The position numbers and the translations under genes are program-made. The notes below the pieces were generated by a model that had not been told where the DNA came from, made no database searches, and worked only from the letters and a program-made list of their open reading frames with translations. From a virus (Duplodnaviria; Caudoviricetes): a DNA stretch of 64,000 nucleotides. The stretch lies in IMG/VR virus record IMGVR_UViG_3300038345_000144. The stretch is one strand, 5' to 3'. Within the stretch, counting starts at the first letter, position 1, and each line of letters starts with the position of its first letter. Positions 55,473 through 62,147 of this stretch are shown here, piece after piece.

Positions 55473-57047
55473 TATGTTTCCTCGTATTCAGAAAAATCCT
55501 GATGAATTACTCGAAGTACAACTCGGAACATCGCATTAGCATCTTTCTGATTAGCAATCTCTCCTGCTTCTTCAAAGTTAGCAATACTTTGACGCATCTT
55601 GGTATCAACAATAAACAGCAGAGGAAATTCGTGCTGTTCAGCCGTATCACAATACGCATCAAACTTCTTTTGCAACTCATAACAATCGTCAAGTGTTATT
55701 GTTCTCATAACAAACTCCTTAACCGTCAATCATATCAAAGAACTCTTGTTCAGGGTAATAATTAGACTTATACTCATCGCAAGTTGCACACTCTTCTGTA
55801 TCACAATATGCACAAGAACTGCAATCACGATTACAAGCCTTCTTCATTAACTCTTCAAATCCTGTCATTCTGTCTCCTCCTGAAGATAAATCTTCTTCTT
55901 AATATTGACTATTATCAATAACTCTTCCATTTCCGCAATCAAATTATCGGTTGAAGTAGTATCTCTATTAGCGAGACGCTCTGTAAACCTATGTCTTTTG
56001 AGAATACGGATTGCCTTTCTAACCTGTCTGGGAGTAATGGGCTTGTCGCCCTGATACTTAACCGCCAGTTCGTGTAAAATCTCGTCACTCATTGTCATCA
56101 TCTTCACCAATAAACTTAAATCGGGCATAAAAACCCTCATTCTTCAAAGTCTGCTTAATGCGGTCTAATGTGGACATATCCAAATATGAGCCATTCAAAG
56201 AAATACCCGTAAGCCAAGTATCAGCAGTAATCTCACCAGAGTCCAACTTATCTCGATTGATTATTCCGTGAAGAAAATGCTCTCGTCTTTCGTCCTGTGT
56301 CGATATAAAATAATCACCATTACGCTTAAAAATGGTGAAGGTAACAGGTTTTGCTGTAATCTCTTTTGTAGTAATCATAATTATTCCTCCGTATGATAGC
56401 CAATATAATCACGGATTTCATTAAGAAATTCCTGTGCTTCCTTACCCATAGAACTCATACTGCCTTCGGGTCTGTCCTTGAACTTTGCTGTTTCGATGAG
56501 GTCATCTACGAGCAACTGAACTAACTCAATCTTCTCATTGAGGTTCTTCTTTCTCTGTTCGTCGATAGCGGAGTCCCCGTAAGGCTCCGTGCTTCCAATT
56601 AACTTGTTAACGATTTCGTATGTACTGTATGTCATTTTATCTCACCTCGAAAATTACCTTGTAGCCTAAATCCCTCAAATCTTCTGTAAGTTCCATTAGG
56701 AATGTATGAAGTTCCAAAACACCTACATCAATGTGGTTGAAGTCCATACCTCTCTTGTCCTTTGTTTTTACCTCAAACAAACCACCGAAATTATTTGTAC
56801 TCTTGCTGACGGTATAAAGAATAGGGCGTTCTGGGTCAATACAGTCCTTTGGCTCACGGAACCCAACCTTTACCATCTCATCGTAGGTCATAGGTACTCC
56901 CTGTCGCTCACACTCTTCGATAATATCGTCAATATCGGAGTCATTGAGGCTTTCCCTACCCCTCTGTTCTTCTTCATCTAACTTATCCAAAATGATTTTT
57001 CTGATGAGTGCCTTTCTCTCTTCTTCTGTGAAAGTCTTTGTTGCCAT
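55472..57047 (-). other. cluster of small hypothetical genes
   Basis: 55472..55729, 55865..56140, 56085..56378, 56381..56635, 56637..57047. Confidence 0.7.
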
Positions 57048-57079
57048 TAAGTATCTCCTCCTGACTTAACTATGGTCAT

Positions 57080-57109
57080 ATTATATTAAATTAGCACCTA
57101 ATTTGTCAA
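57080..57109 (-). promoter_or_regulatory. promoter TTGACA-N18-TATAAT
   Basis: consensus hexamers; probably drives the operon ending in array 2. Confidence 0.8.
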
Positions 57110-57133
57110 TGGTTACATAAAGAAAAAGTGAAG

Positions 57134-58024
57134 TCAACACTGATGCGACTTCACCTCTTCGAGAGTTAAGATGTCCTTCTTACCGCATTTTTTACACCTG
57201 CAATAGAAGTTTCCGACATCTTTATATACATACGCTAAATTATCAATTTCTATGCCGTTTAAGGTAATGGGGAATGGGTGTGTAGTACCACCACGCAAAA
57301 ACGACCTATAAGAAGAGCATTTGACCGTTACCCCGTCCTCAAACTTTACTATAAAGTTCTTGGAGTTGATATAATTACTGATTTCTGCGGTCATACCATA
57401 CTTGGTCATTACTTTCTCACCCAGTCGGTATGATGCGGGCTGACCATTGTTATTTGGAGTTTTGTGTTTAGGGTGTCCTATCTTACCTCTCTTAAAGTTA
57501 GTGTAAGATTTGTGATAAACCTCCACGCCATCTTCAAATCTGATGTCAATATCCTGCCTGCCTCTATAAGCAATAACCGTCATCATAAGACCACACTTGG
57601 CTCTACTCTGCTCGTTCAGTCTTTCCTGCTTACGATGTTCAATAGTAGCCGTACTGCTACGCTTAAATCTATCGTCAGGGTGCTGTGTGTTGCCTAAAAG
57701 AAAACTTGCATACTTGGTCTTTATTTCTACCCCGTCCTCAAACCTGACCGTCATATCATCGGCATTATTGTATTCAATGATAGTCATAGTGTGACCGAGA
57801 TTATTCTTCTTGGTCTCTCCAACTCTATATTTATAGGCTCTTGAGTAGTTAGGGTTCTTAATGTAGCCCTTCAAATAGTGAGTATATCTCTGTTTATAGA
57901 CTATCGTACCGTCCTCAAACTGAATAGTAACATCGTCGATGTTCTTATAGTCAATTATGGTCATCATCTGTCCGTTAGATGCCCGCATTGTCTCCCCAAT
58001 GCGAAGGTCTCTATAATTTAACAT
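57134..58024 (-). CDS. repeat protein 3: four GE...G..MTII.Y....D..V.FEDG repeats + C-terminal Zn site
   Basis: manual alignment; ends FYCRCKKCG..D...EEVKSHQC. Confidence 0.85.
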   Translation of the reverse strand: MLNYRDLRIGETMRASNGQMMTIIDYKNIDDVTIQFEDGTIVYKQRYTHYLKGYIKNPNYSRAYKYRVGETKKNNLGHTMTIIEYNNADDMTVRFEDGVEIKTKYASFLLGNTQHPDDRFKRSSTATIEHRKQERLNEQSRAKCGLMMTVIAYRGRQDIDIRFEDGVEVYHKSYTNFKRGKIGHPKHKTPNNNGQPASYRLGEKVMTKYGMTAEISNYINSKNFIVKFEDGVTVKCSSYRSFLRGGTTHPFPITLNGIEIDNLAYVYKDVGNFYCRCKKCGKKDILTLEEVKSHQC

Positions 58025-59070
58025 TTATGGTTTCTCACTTCTTCCAAATCCATAATGTCGGACATACCACACTTTGAGCAAGTACAATAGAAGTTACCAG
58101 TATTGTTGTAAACATAAGCCAGTTTCTTCATTGTAACATCGCCAATAGTATAAGGTAACAGACTTCTGGCACAATAGCCTCGTCTGAAGCCTGAAATGGC
58201 GATATGCTTAACAATTCTACCGTCCTCTAACTGAACATCAAGATTACGAGCACCGTGATAGTCAATAATCTTCATTTTAAGACCGTAGTTAGTCATAACT
58301 TCCTTGCCTATATTTCTCTTCTGTGCCTCTACGGTTCTTACAGAGAGATTAGGGTTACGGATATTGCCTGTTACAAAGTTACTGTACTGGCGATTAGGAA
58401 CAATAGTACCGTCTTCAAACTGGACATCCAAATCAATATTGGAGCCATATCTGATAATAGTCATCATCTGACCATTAGTAGCAAGATGGGTTTCTCCTAC
58501 TTTAGTTTCCGCATTTTTAGCCGTCAAAGACTTCTGCCAGTAATGAGAATGATTAGTAGGGTGTAAAATTTCACCACGCCTAAACGCTCCATATTGCTTA
58601 TTCTTAATGATTTCTCCATCTTCAAACTGAATATCAACATCACTGGCATTATGATACCTGATGATTGTCATTAGTAAACCACAATTTGACCTACTGGTTT
58701 CCCCAATCTTTGAATTTATAGGAACATCAATAGTGCCTACCTGAAAGTCTTTGTATGTCTGATTGTTGGCAATCTCTCCACTTTCAAATAGGACATCTAT
58801 ATCGTTGGGGTTTCTATAATCAAGGATAACCATTTTGGGACCGTGTACCGACTGGTTAATTTCACCTATCTTCTCCCAGTTTGGATTATGCTCCGTGGGT
58901 CGTTGTATTTCGCCTTGCCTAAAATGTTGATAACGCTTATGCACGGCAATTACACCGTCATCAAATCTAACGGTTACATCTTTATTATTACGATAAGCAA
59001 TCAAGGTCATCATCTGACCTGTTACTTTATGCTTATACTGTTCGCCTATCTTCGTAAATCCGACAGACAT
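58018..59070 (-). CDS. repeat protein 2: five repeats + C-terminal Zn site
   Basis: manual alignment; ends FYCTCSKCG..D...EEVRNHKC. Confidence 0.85.
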   Translation of the reverse strand: MSVGFTKIGEQYKHKVTGQMMTLIAYRNNKDVTVRFDDGVIAVHKRYQHFRQGEIQRPTEHNPNWEKIGEINQSVHGPKMVILDYRNPNDIDVLFESGEIANNQTYKDFQVGTIDVPINSKIGETSRSNCGLLMTIIRYHNASDVDIQFEDGEIIKNKQYGAFRRGEILHPTNHSHYWQKSLTAKNAETKVGETHLATNGQMMTIIRYGSNIDLDVQFEDGTIVPNRQYSNFVTGNIRNPNLSVRTVEAQKRNIGKEVMTNYGLKMKIIDYHGARNLDVQLEDGRIVKHIAISGFRRGYCARSLLPYTIGDVTMKKLAYVYNNTGNFYCTCSKCGMSDIMDLEEVRNHKC

Positions 59071-59924
59071 ATATGCTCCTTAATCTCCTTTAGGCTCATT
59101 ACATCAGACATTCCGCACTTACTACACTTACAAAAGTAATTGCCTTCATCCTTAAAGGTATATGCAGGCTTCTTCATTACTATATTTCCTATTTTATAAG
59201 GAAACGGGTGCTTAATAAGTCCCTTACGGATTGCGTCAAACCTGTTATGTTCTGATATGTAGCCGTCCTCGAACTGAACGGTCATATTATCGTATTTATC
59301 ACTTGCGATAATGGTCATCATCATACCATTAGCCGACATATACTTCTCTCCAGTTCTATTCTTAATCTGACAGTAACTATGAGAGTATTGAGGGTGTCTT
59401 ATTTCGCCTTTAAGAAAGTTGAAGTAAGAACGATGCTGAACTACCACTCCGTCCTCGAACTTTACATCAATATCGGTAGAAGTCCTATACTCAATAATGG
59501 TCATTATTAAGCCATTAGAGGCTTTATGAGACTCTCCAAGTCGGCGGTTTTTGAAGTAGTTAGGGTTCTTCAATCTGCCCTTTTGAAAGTTCACATATTT
59601 TGTATGACGAACAATTGTTCCGTCTGCAAATTGCACATCAACATCTTCACAACCACGATAACCAATTATAGTAACCTGCTCACCATAATATGAGGTATTA
59701 GTTTCTCCGATACGCTTTGTATTAGGTATCTGGCTACGATTAGCCGTAGGTCTGTTAGGATGTCCGATTTTGCCCTTCTTAAAAGCACAGTAATACTTAT
59801 GCTTAACCACAACTCCATCTTCGAACTGAATGGTTAAGTCTTCCGAACTCTCACCACCAATAATAGTCATCATCATACCATTATTGGCTCTGTTCTTTTC
59901 GCCTAAATGAATTGCACTTACCAT
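59046..59924 (-). CDS. repeat protein 1: four repeats + C-terminal Zn site
   Basis: manual alignment; ends YFCKCSKCG..D...KEIKEHIC. Confidence 0.85.
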   Translation of the reverse strand: MVSAIHLGEKNRANNGMMMTIIGGESSEDLTIQFEDGVVVKHKYYCAFKKGKIGHPNRPTANRSQIPNTKRIGETNTSYYGEQVTIIGYRGCEDVDVQFADGTIVRHTKYVNFQKGRLKNPNYFKNRRLGESHKASNGLIMTIIEYRTSTDIDVKFEDGVVVQHRSYFNFLKGEIRHPQYSHSYCQIKNRTGEKYMSANGMMMTIIASDKYDNMTVQFEDGYISEHNRFDAIRKGLIKHPFPYKIGNIVMKKPAYTFKDEGNYFCKCSKCGMSDVMSLKEIKEHICLSDLRR

Positions 59925-61534
59925 TACTTAACACCCATTACATCAAGAACTGCCTGTACTGCTACATTCTTTGCACGACAGAACGGTGGAAGTGGTACGG
60001 CTTTTGGTGCTTTCTGTGCCAAGATATAATCTCTGGTCATAATACGGCAGTCACCACCCTTTTCAACCCAACGCTCCCACGCTCTACGACACGGGATAGC
60101 CTCGATTTCAGCCACCGCCTTACCAATAAACTCTCGGTAAGTAGCCTCGTTTCCAGTAGCGATAAGGTTGAGGTCATCATAGTAGAGTTGGTTAATGTTA
60201 TACAAACTACCACTCTTTGGTGTCCTCTTCTTGTGTTTTGCAATAATTTGCTTCAACTCGACAAGCCTATCAGTTTCTTCCTGTGTAAGTTTTACAGGAT
60301 TTCCTGCTTTATTCTTGGAGTTCTGCTTCTTTACTAAAGCCTTATATTCTTCGAGGATAGCGTCAGGCACACCACTTTCATCTTCCTTGTTGGAAACGAA
60401 CATAGTGTACTTTGACTTTCTATGCACATTATCTACTACATCGAATACAATCTTTGGTCTTGCGTCACCTGTGGATAATGCTCTACCCAACTGCTGTGCA
60501 TATACAGTATTTGAGTATGTTGAACGGTACATAATGATACCTGTTAGGTTGTCAACGTGATAACCCATATTAAGCATTTCACACGAATAAATAAGGTCGA
60601 TTGTTTTGTCCTTACTCTTCAATTTACAGAGTTTCTTGACATTCTTTGCATATTCAGTTGTTTCTGAAGATACGATAGTCTCCCTAATCTTGTGTTTAGG
60701 ATATGCCGTAGCAAACCAACGCCTTACCGCCCTCTGCTTATCCTTCATATGTGCAAAGTTAGAGAAGAAGACGATATACTTCTGGTAATTTGTCTTGATT
60801 TTAGCGGTCTTGAGAGCCATCTTGATATTGACATCCATACGGTTAAGGTTAGCCAACTCAATCATCTTACCATTGAGAAGTTCTCTGGCGTAGCCCTCAT
60901 CTTCCTCATCTACATCAACCTTGAGCATAATATCCTTCTTGATATTAGACACAACATTAGGGTCTGATGAGTCAAAATCACAATAGCAATAGTATGGCTT
61001 CTTAATGATACCATCCTGAATAGCATCGTGGAGAGTGTACTTTGATGTTGTAATATCGTTAAAGAACATCGCAGTAACATCAATCATATCCATTCTATCA
61101 GGGGTAGCAGAAGCACCAAGTAACTTTGCTTTCTTATTATCATTAAGGATAGAACGCAAACCGTCCATTGTCTCTGGAGCACCAATTCTGTGATACTCGT
61201 CGCAAATGATAAGGTCTGTTCCCTTAATTGCTTCCATATCCTTTTCTGTAAGTTGTGTAACCTTCTGATAGGTCATAAATGTTACATCAGGGATATAACT
61301 GTTCATCAACAGTTTGTAGTCCTTTCCATAATAGAAATTGAATACAGCCTGTTTTACAACATCTGTCGGATATAGGTATAAAATCTTTTTATAATGTCCA
61401 CTCTTGATAAACTTTGTAAGAATACCAGTCTTTCCAAAACCAGTAGGTCTTATGATGGCACACTTCTTCTTTTTGTCAAGAAGTTTCAATGCCTCTTCAT
61501 AAGTTTCCTTTCTTAAGCGGTCTATTTTCTTCAT
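59924..61534 (-). CDS. superfamily 2 DExH helicase/ATPase (ResIII-like)
   Basis: PTGFGKT, DEYH, SAT, LNMGYHV, QQLGRAL; no nuclease domain recognised. Confidence 0.9.
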   Translation of the reverse strand: MKKIDRLRKETYEEALKLLDKKKKCAIIRPTGFGKTGILTKFIKSGHYKKILYLYPTDVVKQAVFNFYYGKDYKLLMNSYIPDVTFMTYQKVTQLTEKDMEAIKGTDLIICDEYHRIGAPETMDGLRSILNDNKKAKLLGASATPDRMDMIDVTAMFFNDITTSKYTLHDAIQDGIIKKPYYCYCDFDSSDPNVVSNIKKDIMLKVDVDEEDEGYARELLNGKMIELANLNRMDVNIKMALKTAKIKTNYQKYIVFFSNFAHMKDKQRAVRRWFATAYPKHKIRETIVSSETTEYAKNVKKLCKLKSKDKTIDLIYSCEMLNMGYHVDNLTGIIMYRSTYSNTVYAQQLGRALSTGDARPKIVFDVVDNVHRKSKYTMFVSNKEDESGVPDAILEEYKALVKKQNSKNKAGNPVKLTQEETDRLVELKQIIAKHKKRTPKSGSLYNINQLYYDDLNLIATGNEATYREFIGKAVAEIEAIPCRRAWERWVEKGGDCRIMTRDYILAQKAPKAVPLPPFCRAKNVAVQAVLDVMGVK

Positions 61535-61568
61535 AGTGTAAATTACCCCTATTTTCAGTAATAGAGTT

Positions 61569-61597
61569 ATTATATTATAATAGTCAGCATTTGTAAA
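61569..61597 (-). promoter_or_regulatory. promoter of helicase operon TTTACA-N17-TATAAT, abutting the last repeat
   Basis: TTTACA 61597-61592, TATAAT 61574-61569. Confidence 0.7.
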
Positions 61598-62022
61598 GGA
61601 ACCTCCGAAAGTCGGAGAGATTTACCGTCTGCGATTACCGAGCCGTCCCTCATTGAATAACCTCCGAACTCGGAGACAATAACACTTAAACTTATAAGAC
61701 TGTGTACCCCTTGAGAAAAACCTCCGAACTCGGAGAAGTATCGTTGGAACTGCATATCCGTGTGACGATTTGTGATAAACCCCCGTAAATACGAGGAAAA
61801 CTTGCAGGTTTAATTGTTGCCTCCTGCCCCATAGAATAACCCCCGTAAACGAGGAACCAAAAGGTAGCACTGCCCGTCAAGCTATACGAGTGAGAAACCT
61901 CCAATTTGGAGAAAAAGTTGCCTCTTGTTTATACTTATGCTAAACCTCCGACACGGAGAATACTGGTTAATCACTGATAGAAAATTTCCAGCATTGAAAA
62001 ACCTCCAAACCTGGAGAAACAC
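61597..62022 (-). CRISPR. degenerate type I-E-like CRISPR-like array 1 (8 repeats, 7 spacers), no cas genes in window
   Basis: hairpin repeats (approx. GTNTTCYYC-loop-GGRGGTTWWTCA) at 57-60-bp period (one 47); spacers 31,21,31,31,32,33,31 nt. Confidence 0.8.
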
Positions 62023-62034
62023 TTTATTTACTAT

Positions 62035-62064
62035 ATGATACCAAGTTGAATGATTTTTTGTAAA
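62035..62064 (-). promoter_or_regulatory. dedicated promoter of array 1, TTTACA-N18-TATCAT with TG extension
   Basis: predicted start lies a few nt before the first repeat. Confidence 0.7.
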
Positions 62065-62069
62065 TAGCC

Positions 62070-62107
62070 AAAAAGAAAAACTCCCTCTAATCGAAATTAG
62101 AAGGAGT
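62070..62107 (-). terminator. intrinsic terminator after topoisomerase gene
   Basis: actccctctaat-cgaa-attagaaggagt stem followed by TTTTTCTTTTT on minus strand. Confidence 0.75.
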
Positions 62108-62147
62108 CTTTCCTAATGAAAGGTATAAAAATGAAGAAACGCTCGCT

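Noticed and set aside
57134-59924. Homing endonucleases or DGR targets
   Set aside because: No HNH, GIY-YIG or PD-(D/E)xK motif recognised; no reverse transcriptase or adenine-specific TR/VR pair seen.
59924-61534. Cas3 or DinG-type CRISPR helicase
   Set aside because: No HD nuclease domain or FeS/DinG features recognised; motifs resemble ResIII-like DExH helicases; no other cas genes seen.
61570-61904. ORFs 61570..61755, 61622..61870, 61692..61904 as protein-coding genes
   Set aside because: Three overlapping frames across the repeat array; the periodic hairpins are better explained as RNA structure.
61964-61985. tetO-like half site (CTATCAGTGAT) in the first spacer
   Set aside because: Partial ~11-nt match without the full palindrome; compatible with chance.
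61597-62022. CsrA/RsmA sponge RNA or TIGR-type array
   Set aside because: GGA motifs lie in stems, not loops; period is ~59 nt with a single spacer per unit, not the ~36-nt dual-spacer unit, and no Nop-domain gene was recognised.
54611-62022. Self-targeting of array spacers within this window
   Set aside because: No match noticed by eye; not an exhaustive search, needs alignment.
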